A DNA stretch of 64,000 nt from an uncultured Candidatus Rokubacteria bacterium (GTDB lineage: Bacteria > Methylomirabilota > Methylomirabilia > Rokubacteriales > DASRDR01): assembly GCA_963708025.1 (NCBI GenBank), contig CAVPSB010000018.1:1-64000 (forward strand). The letters run 5' to 3'. The notes under the pieces were generated by a model. It was not told the DNA's origin. It did not search any database and was given only the letters and a program-made list of their open reading frames with translations. This document shows, one piece after another, positions 50,291 through 61,024 of the stretch. The translations under genes were made by a program, and so were the position numbers. Positions within the stretch are counted from its first letter, which is position 1. The number at the start of each line of letters is the position of its first letter.

Positions 50291-50822
50291 GGGCGCGGAC
50301 AGCGCCAGCCTTGCGTTGCTCGCCGACGAGCCGCGCGGCGTCGTCACCACGGCCCGCGACCTCGGACGGATGACCCGCGATCCCGAGGCCGCCGCCGCCT
50401 GGCGGGATGTCTACGCCGACCTCTCCCGGGAGCGCGACGGGCTGGTGGGCGCCCTCCTCGGCCGCGCCGAGGCCCAGACCCTCCGGCTGTCCGTGCTCTA
50501 TGCCGTGCTCGATCAGTCCCCGGCGATCCGGCTCCCTCATCTGCAAGCCGCCCTGGCCGTGTGGGCCTACGCGGAGGCCAGCGTGCTCTACCTCTTCGGC
50601 GGCCGGCTTGGACACCCCATCGCCGACGCGATCCTCGACGCCCTCCGGCGAGCCGGCCGGCTCACCCGCACCGAGATCCGCGACCTCTTCGGTCGGCACA
50701 AGGACGCCGCGCAGCTCGAGGAGGCCCTCAGCATGCTTGAGCGCGCCGGCCTCGCGCGACCGGACAAGCGACTGACCGGAGGCCGGCCGGAAGAGTCCTG
50801 GGAGGCAGTACGGACTACGTAG
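50290..50822 (+). pseudogene. DUF3987-like helicase C-terminal fragment
   Basis: RAEAQTLRL...YA.LD....I...HL.AA.A.W.Y; winged-helix tail TGGRP.E.W; central part deleted. Confidence 0.6.
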
Positions 50823-50933
50823 CCCGGGCCGCGGAGGCCGCCAGGCGCTGGCGTGAGGCCCAAGGGCTCCCGCCGGCGGGCTCCGCCCTTCCGTCGCTTT
50901 CGTCTCTTCCGTCGCCTACACAAAGCAGCGGAA

Positions 50934-51363
50934 TAAGAACGACGAAGGCCGCGTCGTCTACCTGACCCCGGAGCTCCGGACCCTCCTCGAGGCCCAGCTC
51001 GAGCGGATCCGTGCGGTCGAGCGGCGGACCGGCCGCATCATCCCCTTCCTGTTTCCCTACCTCAGCGGACCGCGGCGCCTCGGCCAGCGCCGACGTGACT
51101 ACCGGAAGGCCTGGGAGGCGGCGTGCACGTCCGCGGGCGTCGCTGGTCGGGTCCGCCACGACTTCCGCCGGACCGCAGTCCGCAACCTGGTCAACGCTGG
51201 TGTGCCAGAGCGGGTGGCCATGACGATCACCGGGCACAAGAGCCGAGCCGTGTTCGACCGCTACCACATCGTGAGCCCGGGCGACCTCCAGGAGGCCATG
51301 CGAAAGCTCGCGGGCACGTTTCCGGGCACGTTGGCCCCCGCGATTGGCCCCCGCGAAGGTTGA
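50934..51363 (+). pseudogene. Tyrosine integrase C-terminal fragment (paralogue of 59730-60570)
   Basis: KNDEGRVVYLTPEL...RHDFRRTAVRN...TGHKSRAVFDRYHIV; carries its own GGGCACGTT x2 repeat. Confidence 0.88.
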
Positions 51364-51476
51364 CCGTCTCGTTCGAAGCGGCGTGAGCCGCTGGCCCTCG
51401 ACCAAGGCGCGCCGCGTCCTGGCCGCTCTGCTCCGGATCGGCTGGTCCGTGAGGAGGCAATCGGACTCCCACCGAA
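51361..51476 (+). pseudogene. Second copy of the hicB 3'/hicA 5' junction
   Basis: Near-identical to ~35790-35905. Confidence 0.8.
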
Positions 51477-51570
51477 GCACACCCGGGAAGGGTGACGTCA
51501 CGGGAACCCGTTTGATACGGGGAGGGAGCCTGGCGGGCCTCGCCGAGGCCGCCGCCGGGACGGCCCGCCG

Positions 51571-51936
51571 CTACTCGATGGGCAAAGCACGACGCCGGAT
51601 GTGCCGCCGATCGACGACGACGATCGACCCCTCGAGGTCCAGCGCCGGAGTCTGCGTCAACACGCGATCGAGCAGGCCGAGCATCTCGGCATCCGAAAAC
51701 GCGCCCCCGCGGAACAAGATGATGCCAGGGCGGCTGGCCCCGTGGAGCGCCAGAAGCCGAGGGTAGTCGAGATCTGCAGTGATGATGACTCGCTCTTCAC
51801 GCCGCGCCACGTCGAGAAGCTGGGTGTCGGCGGCTCGAGCCAGACCGATCTCGTCGGCGTGGACCGCGTCATGACCGGTGGCCCGCAGATGCCTGACGGT
51901 CAGGGGCGTGACCGGCATGTTGACCAGGAACTTCAA
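51571..51936 (-). CDS. PIN-like toxin (DUF5615/VapC45-like)
   Basis: KFLVNM......L...GHDA.H....D....A..E.RVIIT.DLDY. Confidence 0.85.
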   Translation of the reverse strand: MKFLVNMPVTPLTVRHLRATGHDAVHADEIGLARAADTQLLDVARREERVIITADLDYPRLLALHGASRPGIILFRGGAFSDAEMLGLLDRVLTQTPALDLEGSIVVVDRRHIRRRALPIE

Positions 51937-52157
51937 CCGGTCAGCTCGATAATCTCGTCTTCCGCCAGGCTCGCGGCATATCGCAGAGCCTCGTCAATGT
52001 CGGCCGCTTCGAGATACGGATAGGCGCGAAGGATCTCCTCGCGGCTCTGGCCGCTGGCCAGCAACCCGAGCAGACGTGAGACGGGGAAGCGCAGATCCCG
52101 GATGCAGGGCTTCCCGGTGCAGACATCAGGGCGCGCCGTGATCCGCGTGAACGTCAT
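51933..52157 (-). CDS. DUF433 antitoxin
   Basis: RIT..P.V..GKPCIR..R.PV...L...G....EI...YP.L...DI..AL.YA. Confidence 0.9.
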   Translation of the reverse strand: MTFTRITARPDVCTGKPCIRDLRFPVSRLLGLLASGQSREEILRAYPYLEAADIDEALRYAASLAEDEIIELTG

Positions 52158-52304
52158 GTTCCCTCGGGCTCCTAGTGTACCTTGAAACGCGGCCATGCGT
52201 TCACAAGGCTTGGCTTCTCGGCGCGCGTCGTCCAGGCGCACGAGCCCGAGCTCCTCGGAAGCGATGCTCGTCTGGCCGGGTCGAATCGATGAATCACGAG
52301 AACG

Positions 52305-53030
52305 GAACGTAGGAAATGCTAGCGACGTTTTTCTCGCCCTCTCCCTGGCCCCGCATCCCCTCGCTCTCGCCTTGGCCCCCGCAGCCCGACTGGAGCGCCG
52401 CGCCGGCCCGCGCGGCAAGGGCGTTCGGAGGTCGGAGCGGTGGCGCGGAAGCCGCCCGGCGGGGTCGGCAGGCGGACAGGGGAGGGGCCGGGCGGGGGGG
52501 CCGGCGGATCGGGGGGCGCGCGGGTCAGGCGGCGGGGACGGCGTGGCCCGGCGGCGGCTGGGCGGCGAGCCCCAGCGCCGCCAGCAGCCGCCCCACCGCG
52601 TGGGGCTCCGTCACCGCCCCGAGGACCCGGCGCGGGCCCCCGCACCGCTCACACACCAGCACCTGGATGGCGAACACTCGGCGGAGGAGCCGAGCCCAGG
52701 TCCACCGCCCCGGTGACCGCGCGCCTGCGTCCGCGCCAGGGTCGTCAGGGGTGGGCCGCACCACGATCGCGGATCGCCATTGGGCACGCGGGGCGAGGAG
52801 TCCATGGTAGGCGAGCAATGGCCGGCGCGGCGGGGGCACGAGGGCGGCCAAACGCTCCAACCACTCCAGCGGGTCCAGGAGCAGCGCCGTCGCCCCATCG
52901 CTCCACGGACGTCTGAACTCGTAGAGCAACTGCCCGTCCGAGCTCTCCGTCAGGCACTCGAGTGCCAGGGGCGGGCGCAGGATGGAGCGGCACACCGTCT
53001 CCAGTTGATCCCGGCGGCGCGCCGGCACGG
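52305..53030 (-). mobile_element. IS91/ISCR-like element remnant 1: transposase C-terminus plus ori end
   Basis: 52525-53028 encodes RPPLA..L...R.WSDG.T...PLE.L.RLAALVP.PR.....YHG..AP...WA.LL.RVF...C..CGG; ends ...GCATTTCCTAC-GTTC. Confidence 0.85.
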
Positions 53031-53356
53031 CCAGCCCCTCCGTTGGGGTCGGCGGCCACCCAGGTTGCCCGCACCTGCACCTCGGGGCGGAAGCTGCGCT
53101 CCCACAGGAGGATCCCGGCGGAGCTGAATTTCCGGGTCAGCACGACGCCGTTCACGTAGGTGTCGCCGACGGAATAGACGTTCTCGAAGCGGTCGATGTT
53201 CATCATCCTGCCGCCGAAATTCGGGGCGGTCGCTTCCCAGACGACCTCCACCGCGGGCGTCGAGGTTTGCGCCAGCGCGCCTGGCGTTACGGCAACGAGA
53301 AGCAGCAGGGAGCACAGAACGCCGCGGAGAGCGGTGGTTGCGGAACGAGGTTTCAT
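53030..53356 (-). pseudogene. Secreted beta-propeller-like protein, N-terminal fragment fused to the IS91 remnant
   Basis: Signal peptide, D...NVY.VG...K.SS.G..LW repeat; truncated at the IS junction. Confidence 0.55.
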
Positions 53357-53486
53357 GGAGTCACCTTTCTTCCCCCGCCCATTTTGGGGGTTATGAGGCG
53401 TGGCACCTGAGACTAATCGTCGCGCAACGCGATGATTGGGCGTTTGATCCCTGTCAACCTGTCGACGGATATCTGCGGTACAAGTC

Positions 53487-54621
53487 CTAAAGGATTTTCT
53501 CGCCGAACCTGCGCAAGGCGTTCTCGGACAAGGTGAGGCCAAGCCCAGGCTGTTCCTTGAGCCTGAGCATCCCATTCCTGATTGCGGGCGGATCCTCGAA
53601 CAGCTCCGCCTGCAGCGGGTCGCGCTCGGGGTCGGTGAACGACTCGACGATGAGTCCGGCCGGGCTCGCGGCGACGATGTGCGCGTGGATGAAGCAGTCG
53701 TGGTGCGGGGCCACGTGCACGTGGTTGAGCTCGCACAGCGCGGCGAGCTTGCGGCCCTCGGTGAAGCCGCCCATCATGGTGCAGTCGAACTGCAGGATCT
53801 GGATCGCCTCTTCCTCGAGAAGCGCGCGGCAGGCGTAGCTCGTGAGCTCGCTCTCGCCCGCCGAAAGCGGGATGCGCGTCTTCTGCGCGAGGAGCTTGAG
53901 CTCCCTGCGGTCGTCGGCCCAGCGCACCGGCTCTTCGAGCCAGCGCGGGCGCGAGCGGCTCGAGCAGGCGCGCGCCTTCGATGGCGGTGGCGAGGTCCCA
54001 GCCCCGGTTCACGTCGATCATCAGGTCCTTGTCCGCGCCGATGACCTCGCGCACCAGGGCAAGACGCTCCATGTCCTCGGCGAGCGGGGCGCCGCCGGCC
54101 TTGGCCTTGAATCCGGTGTGTCCCTGCGACTTGAGCATCTGCATCTCGTCGCGCAGCTCCGACAGCGTCTTGCCGTCGCGGTAGTAGGCGCAGGTGACGT
54201 AGCACGGGACTTCGCTGCGGTAGCCGCCGAAAAGGCGATAGAGCGGCAGCTTCGCCACCTTTCCGACGAGGTCCCAGCAGGCGATGTCCACGGCGGCGGA
54301 AATGCGGATGATGGCTTCGCGCGACCAGTCTTTCTCGCTCGCACGTCGCTGCCACGTAAGCGCGAACAGCTTCTGGTAGATCTGCTCGGGGGCGAGCGGA
54401 TCCATGCCGACGACGAGCTCGGCGATGCCGCTGCGGAAGGCGGCGATCGCCGCCTCGATCGGCGTATAGCTCGTGGCGATGCCGATGCCCTCGAGCCCTT
54501 CGTCGGTCTGCATGCGCACGAGGATTTCGTTGGCGCGCGGGACGATGAAATGGCTGACCCAGTGCGGGCGATCCTCCCGCGGCGCGCGCAGGATGTACAC
54601 CTGTAGGCCGGCGATCTTCAC
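53487..54621 (-). CDS. Mandelate racemase/enolase-superfamily enzyme (frameshift near 53950)
   Basis: AVDIA.WD..GK...PLY.L.GG, KxK, DVN, W.EEP, GES, APHH across two frames. Confidence 0.88.
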
Positions 54622-54631
54622 GCGTTCTCCT

Positions 54632-55511
54632 TTAGAGTAGTCGCTGTTGCCGACGGCTGTACGCCATGCGGCCCGCCACGTACGTGGCCTTCACCGCGCG
54701 GTCGTCGCCCATCGTCATCTGGATGAACAGCGCCTCCTCGATGTCGCTGCAGGAGCGCATCCGGTACTCGATGACCGGGGTCGACTTGAGGTCGAGCACG
54801 ACCAGATCCGCTTCCATGCCGGGCGCGATGCTGCCGATCCGGTCCTCGAGGTAAAGGGACTGCGCGCCGCCGCGCGTCGCGCGGTAGAACGCATGCCCGG
54901 CGGAGAGAGGATTGCCGTTCAGCTGCGCGGCCTTGTAGGCCCCGTTGAGCGTCTGCAGCATCGAGAACGAGGTGCCTGCGCCCAGGTCGGTGCCGAGGCC
55001 CACGCGCACCGGACGCTCGGGCTTCTTCGCGTTCTTGAGGTTGAACAGACCGCTGCCAAGGAACGCGTTCGACGTGGGGCAGTGCGCGAGCGCGGTGCCG
55101 GTCTCGTGGCAGCGCGCGAGCTCGGCCTCGGTGAGCCAGATGCCATGGCCGAAGATCGCGCGGGGGCCGAGCTGCTGGTAGTGGTCGTACGTGTCGAGAT
55201 AGCCCTTGCGCTGCGGGTACAGCTGCTTCACCCAGGCGACCTCGCCTCGGTTCTCGGAGACATGCGACTGCAGGTAGGTGCCGGGGTGCTCGCGCCACAG
55301 CGCGCCGGCGAGCTCCATCTGCTCGGGCGTGCTGGTGGGCGCGAAGCGCGGCGTCACGCTATAGAGCGCGCGGCCCCTGCCGTGCCATTTGCGGATCAGC
55401 GCCTTCGCTTCGTCGTAGCCCTTCCTCGCCGTGTCGGTGAGCGCGGCCGGGGCGTTGCGGTCCATCAGGACCTTGCCGGCGACCGTGCGCATGCCGAGCG
55501 CCTCGGCTTCC
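54632..55511 (-). pseudogene. guaD: Guanine deaminase, 5'-truncated by an IS91 ori end
   Basis: GKVLMDRNAP, VTPRFAP, QSHVSEN, HCPTSN.FLGSG, GTDLGAG, GDDR. Confidence 0.88.
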
Positions 55512-55715
55512 GAACGTAGGAAATGCTAGCGACGTTTTTCTCGCCCTCTCCCTGGCCCCGCATCCCCTCGCTCTCGCCTTGGCCCCCGCAGCCCGACTGT
55601 AGCGCCGCGCCGGCCCGCGCGGCAAGGGCGTCGGGAGGTCGGAGAGGTGGCGCGGAAGCCGCCCCGCGGGGTCGGCAGGCAGACGGGGGAGGGGCCGCGC
55701 GGGGGGGCCGGCGGA
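55512..55715 (-). mobile_element. IS91/ISCR-like ori end remnant 2
   Basis: ~200 bp near-identical to 52305-52508. Confidence 0.85.
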
Positions 55716-55776
55716 GCGACGATAGTGCGATCGTCGGCGCCGGCCCCGGAGCCGGACGCCAGCGAGGGAGACGGCG

Positions 55777-56837
55777 ATGGAGCAGACGCTCGACAAGCAG
55801 CGGACACAGGAGTTCGCCCGGAAGCTCTTCGGGCTCTACACGAGCGGCATCCTCACCCTGATGGTGGACATCGGCCACAAGACGGGTCTCTTCGAGGCGG
55901 TGGCGTGCGGCCGGGGGACCAGCCGGGAGATCGCCGAGCGTGCGGGGCTCGAGGAGCGCTACGTGCGCGAGTGGCTCGGGGCGATGGCGACGGGCGGCAT
56001 CGTCGAGTACGCGGCGGCGTCGCGGACGTTCACGCTGCCGCCCGAGCACGCCGTCTGCCTGACCGGCACCTCGAGCCGTAACCTCGCCGCCGGCAGCCAG
56101 GGCCTCCTGATGCTCGCCAAGCGTCTGCCCCGGGTCGTCGAGTGCTTTCGCCGGGGCGGCGGCGTCCCCTACTCCGAGTTCCGGCCGGACTTCACCGAGG
56201 CGATGGACGCCTCCTGGCGTCTCCTCTACGACGGGCTCCTGATCAAGGGCTTCCTGCCGGCCGCCAAGGAGCTGCCCGAGCGGCTACAGGCCGGCATCCG
56301 GGCTCTGGACCTCGGCTGCGGGACCGGGCACGCGATCAACCTCATGGCCCGCGAGTATCCCCGCTCCACCTTCGTCGGCTATGACCTCGGCGAGGATGCG
56401 ATCACCCGCGCCCGGGCCGAGGCCCAATCGCTGGGACTCGGGAACGCTCGCTTCGAGGTCCGGGACGTGGGGCGGTTGCCCGCCGAGCCGAAGTTCGATC
56501 TGATCACGTCCTTCGACGCCATCCACGACCAGCGCGATCCGGCGGCGGTTCTCCGCTGTGCGGCGGACGCCCTCGCCCCCGACGGGGTTTACCTCATGGT
56601 CGAGCCGAAGGCCTCGAGCAACCTCGAGGAGAACATCGGTAACCCCTTCGCCCCCTACCTCTACGGGATGAGCGTGCTCCACTGCATGACGTGTCCCTCG
56701 CCGAGGGCGGGGCGGGGCTCGGGACGGCGTGGGGCGCAGAGACGGCGCGCCGGATGCTGGAGGAGGCCGGCTTCACGTCCATCGCCGTGGTGGACGCGCC
56801 CGGTCCCCAGAACAGCATCTACATCTGTCGCCGCTGA
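55777..56837 (+). CDS. Class I SAM methyltransferase with N-terminal wHTH (frameshift near 56690)
   Basis: ERYVREWL, LDLGCGTG, FDAIHD, SVLHCMT; C-terminus in a shifted frame. Confidence 0.85.
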
Positions 56838-56838
56838 G

Positions 56839-58495
56839 CTAGCCCGGGGCCGCGCGCTTGCGCGCCTCCTCCTGGTGGCGGAGCTCGACCCGGCGGATCT
56901 TGCCGCTGATGGTCTTCGGCAGCTCGCGCACGAACTCGATCTCGCGCGGGTACTTGTAGGGCGCCGTCACCCGCTTGACGTGCTCTTGCAGTTCCTCGGC
57001 GAGCCGGGGCGATGGGTCGTGGCCCGGGGCCAGGATCACGAAGGCCTTCACGACGCTGCCGCGCATGGGGTCGGGGCTGGCCACCACGGCGGCCTCGGCC
57101 ACGGCCGGATGCTCGACCAGGGCCGACTCCACCTCGAAGGGTCCGATGCGGTAGCCGGCGCTGATGATCACGTCGTCGGCCCGCCCGACGAACCAGAAGT
57201 AGCCGTCGGCGTCGCACCGGGCCCGGTCGCCGGTGACGTACCAGTCGCCGCGGAAGCAGCCGGCCGTGGCCTCCGGGTTCCGCCAGTACTCGCGAAAGAG
57301 CCCCACCGGACGCTCGGGCTTCGACGCGCACGGCGATGTCGCCCTCGGCATCGGGCGCCGCCGCGCGGCCCTCGTGGTCGATCACCGCGACGTCGAAGCC
57401 CGGCATCGGCTTGCCCATCGAGCCCGGCTTGACGGGCAGGCAGCGATAGTTGCCGACGAGCAGCACGGTCTCGGTCTGACCGTAGCCGTCGTAGATCGTC
57501 AGCCCGGTGCCCTTCTTCCACGCCTCGATGACCTCAGGGTTGAGCGGCTCGCCGGCGCCGACGCAGTGGCGGAGCTTCGGCAGCCGGAAGTGGCGGAGGT
57601 CCTCCAGCACCATCATGCGATAGGCGGTGGGAGGCGCGCAGAAGGTGGTCACCCCGTGCCGCTCGAGGAGGGTGAGGCAGCGCTTGGCGTCGAACTTTCC
57701 CCGATCGTCCACGATCAGGAGGGCGGCGCCCATGCGCCAGGGGCCGAAGAGGTTGCTGTAGGCCGCCTTGGCCCAGCCGGTGTCGGAGAGGTTCCAGTGC
57801 AGATCGCTGGCCGAGAGGTCGAGCCAGTACTTTCCCGTGAGCCGGTGGGCGAGGCCGTAGGACGCTTGCGTGTGGAGCACCATCTTGGGCCCGGCCGTCG
57901 TGCCCGAGGTGAAGTAGACCATCAGGGGGTCGTCGCTCCGCGTCTTCTCGAGCACGATCTGGGAGGGGGCCGCCCCCATGGTCGCGTCGAAGCTCTCCCA
58001 GCCCGCGCGGGTGCCGCCCACGAGCAGGAGGCGCTCGAGCGTCGGGCACTGGGCGCGGGCTCGCTCGACGGTCTCGGCGCTCTCGGGGGTGGTGATCGCC
58101 AGCTTCACGCTGGCGCTCTTCACACGGTAGGCGATGTCCTTCACCGTGAGCAGCGTGGTCCCGGGCATGGGGACGGCCCCGAGCTTGATGAGCCCGAGCA
58201 GGATGACGTGCCACTCGGGCAGGCGCGGCATGATGACGAGCACGCCGTCGCCCTTCTTGATGCCGAGCGCGCGGAGGACGTTGGCGCAGCGGTTCGACGC
58301 GTCGCGGAAGTAGCCGAAGCTGAGCCGGCGCTCCTCGCCGTCCTGGCCCACCCAGAGCATGGCCAGCTGGCCGGGATCCTCGCCGGCCCAGCGATCCACC
58401 ACGTCCTGGGCGAAGTTGAAGCGCTCCGAAACTTCCAGGCGGCAGACGCGTCGCTCGTGCTCGTAGTCGGTCATGTTCGGCGGCGGGTTTGCCAT
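56839..58495 (-). CDS. Medium-chain acyl-CoA synthetase (frameshift near 57325)
   Basis: FTSGTT..PK, YGQTE, TGD, GRADDVI...[19 protein letters not shown]. Confidence 0.9.
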
Positions 58496-58610
58496 CACCG
58501 TCCTCCTGCGGGCCGCGGCCCGCTTTCGACGACCGCCCATCCGATCCGGCGGGGCTCACCGCGGCCCGCCCTGCGCGCCGATGGTCCGCTGTACGGGGTT
58601 CGGGAGCTGA

Positions 58611-58924
58611 TCACTCGAGAAGCACGTCGGCACGACCCAGGATGGAAGGGGGAATGGAGAGACCGATGGCGCGTGCGCTTCTCAGGTTCACGACCAGCTC
58701 GAAGCGTGTCGGCTGCTCGATGGGCAGGTCCGCGGGCTTGGCGCCCTTGAGAATCTTGTCGACGAAGGAGGCCGTCCGATAGAACTGGTCCTGGAGGTTC
58801 GACCCGTACGACATGAGCCCGCCCGCTTCGACCGCTTCCCTGAACCCGTATATCGCCGGCAGTCGCTGCTTCGTCGCGAACTCCAGGATCTTCGCCCGGT
58901 TGCGGCCGGTGACGAGAACGACGA
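58611..58924 (-). pseudogene. ABC substrate-binding protein C-terminal fragment
   Basis: GGLMSYG...VDKILKGAKPADLPIEQPTRFELVVNL..A.AIG. Confidence 0.88.
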
Positions 58925-59377
58925 GAACGTAGGAAATGCTAGGAACCTAGGAAATGCTAGCGACGTTTTTCTCGCCCTCTTCCTGGCCCCGCATCCCCTC
59001 GCTCTCGCCTTGGCCCCCGCAGCGCGACTGTAGCGCCGCGCCGGCCCGCGCGGCAAGGGCGTCGGGAGGTCGGAGCGGTGGCGCGGAAGCCGCCCCGCGG
59101 GGTCGGCAGGCAGGCGGGGGAGGGGCCGGGCGGGGGGGCCGGCGGATCGGGGGGCGCGCGGGTCAGGCGGCGGGGACGGCGTGGCCCGGCGGCGGCTGGG
59201 CGGCGAGCCCCAGCGCCGCCAGCAGCCGCCCCACCGCGTGGGGCTCCGTCACCGCCCCGAGGACCCGGCGCGGGCCCCCGCACCGCTCACACACCAGCAC
59301 CTGGATGGCGAACACTCGGCGGAGGAGCCGAGCCCAGGTCCACCGCCCCGGTGACCGCGCGCCTGCGTCCGCGCCAG
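58925..59377 (-). mobile_element. IS91/ISCR-like remnant 3 (ori end with duplicated terminus)
   Basis: ~435 bp near-identical to 52305-52739; 18-bp terminal duplication. Confidence 0.85.
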
Positions 59378-59585
59378 CCGAGCCCTTCCCGCCGCGGATC
59401 TTGATCGGCGGCACCACCAGCAGGAACTCGTAGACGCCCGCCGCCGCCAGCCCCTCCAGCCGGAAGTTCTCGATGATGAAGATCCCGTGGTCGGCGATCA
59501 GCAGCATGTGGACCGGGAAGACCTGGAATACCGGCGTGAAGACGACGGGCGGCCGCTTCTCGAAGGTCAGGGTGTCGGGGGCTAG
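59378..59585 (-). pseudogene. Cyclase/kynurenine formamidase-family C-terminal fragment
   Basis: PVH..L....GI.IIEN..LE.LA...YEF.....P.K..G..GS; in frame with the IS91 tail. Confidence 0.75.
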
Positions 59586-59729
59586 CCAACACAATGCCCC
59601 TTCTCAGCCATGGGCCCCCGGGCGGGGGCCGGCCGGCTGGGACGACATCGCGGTGGGCGTGACGGCCCCGCTGGTGGCACTCGCCCTGGGCGGCCTGCGT
59701 CGACAGGCTCCGGTGGGTCCGCGGCACTA

Positions 59730-60570
59730 CCGCGTGAAGCACCTCGAGCGGTTCTTTGCCGGACGGCGCGTCGCGAGTCTCGGCCAGGCTGAGGTGGATG
59801 CCTACATCCTGGCGCGACACCGGCGGGGCGCGGCCGCCGGGACGATTCGCCGCGAGCTCGGCACGTTGGTCAAGATGCTGAGGCTGGCGTACACGGCCGG
59901 GAAGCTGGTCAGGCTGCCGGTGCTCGAGAAGCCCAAAGAGGGGGCCCCGCGCGAAGGGTTCTTCGAGCGCGAGCAGTACGAGGCGGTGCGGCAGCACCTC
60001 CCGGCCGATCTCCAGCTGGCGACGGCCATCGCCTACACCTACGGCTGGCGGACGCAGAGCGAGGTCCTCATCCTCGAGCGCCGTCAGCTGGATCTGGAGG
60101 CGGGCACGCTCCGGCTGGACCCGGGACAGACGAAAAACGACGACGGTCGCCTCGTCTATCTCACCCCCGAGTTGAAGACGCTCCTGGGCGCGCAACTCGA
60201 GCGGATCCGAGTGGTGGAGCGGCGAGCCGGGCGCATCATCCCGTATCTGTTTCCCTATCTGGGTGGCGCGCACCGCCTCGGTCAGCGTCGGCGGGACTAT
60301 CGGAAGGCGTGGGTCACGGCGTGCGAGAAGGCCGGGGTGGTGGGGCGCGTCCGCCACGACTTCCGGCGGACCGCCGTCCGCAACATGGTGAACCGCGGGG
60401 TGGCCGAGCGGGTCGCCATGACGATCACGGGCCACAAGACGCGCAGCGTGTTCGATCGCTACCACATCGTGAGCCCGCGCGAGCTCGAGGACGCGGCCCG
60501 GCGGCTCACGGGCATAGTTTCGGGCATAGTCCGGGCGGCGGACGTTGACAGCCGCCGCCTGACCCCGTAA
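59730..60570 (+). pseudogene. Island tyrosine integrase, 5'-truncated
   Basis: GWR..E, TKN, RHDFRRT, TGHKT...FDRY; N-terminal part replaced by unrelated DNA. Confidence 0.88.
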
Positions 60571-60573
60571 TTT
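60545..60573 (+). promoter_or_regulatory. sigma70 promoter of intact tRNA-Val, embedded in the integrase 3' end
   Basis: TTGACA-N17-TAATTT; the integrase TAA stop (60568-60570) is the first half of the -10 box. Confidence 0.82.
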
Positions 60574-60583
60574 ACTTAGGCAC

Positions 60584-60659
60584 GGGCGGATAGCTCAGCG
60601 GGGAGAGCGCAGCCCTTACAAGGCTGAGGTCGCAGGTTCGAGCCCTGCTCCGCCTACCA
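60584..60659 (+). tRNA. tRNA-Val (TAC)
   Basis: 76-nt cloverleaf: GGGCGGA/TCCGCCT acceptor, CAGCC-CTTACAA-GGCTG anticodon arm, GCAGG-TTCGAGC-CCTGC T arm, encoded CCA. Confidence 0.97.
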
Positions 60660-60889
60660 GCGAATCTCCTGCTCTTGCGCGGCTACGGCGCTCACACCAT
60701 GCGCCCACACCTATCGCTCGAGAGCAGGAGTTCGCAGCCCCGAGCCATCGAGCCCCCACCATGTGGTCTGCCCCCGTCTCCCCTTGCGGCCCTTCACGTC
60801 TTCGCAGCGAAGATGCCGCGTCCGGCCCTGGACGGTTAGACCCAGCGTGAAGCCACCGCGACACTGGTGCCGATGAGGTTTCCAACCGG

Positions 60890-61024
60890 ACGGGCCGCGC
60901 GCGTCCAGGAGTTACTGACCGCGAAGTGTTCGGCGCTGGAGGCGCTGGCGAAGCGCCTTATGGAGAAGGAGGTCGTGAGCCGCGAGGCGCTGGGCTCACT
61001 GCTGAGCGGAACCCACCCCCGATA
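60890..61024 (+). pseudogene. Possible FtsH C-terminal remnant
   Basis: LEALAKRLMEKEVV.RE.L resembles the FtsH tail; short and frameshifted. Confidence 0.35.

Larger units (their letters stand above)
35299..60622. mobile_element. tRNA-Val-integrated genomic island (~25.2 kb)
   Basis: 83-bp direct repeats 35299-35381 and 60540-60622 (2 mismatches); tyrosine integrase at the right end; identical arm-like repeats inside both ends. Confidence 0.88.

Noticed and set aside
59473-59730. N-terminus of a full-length integrase
   Set aside because: This stretch is antisense cyclase fragment plus unrelated DNA; integrase homology starts near 59730
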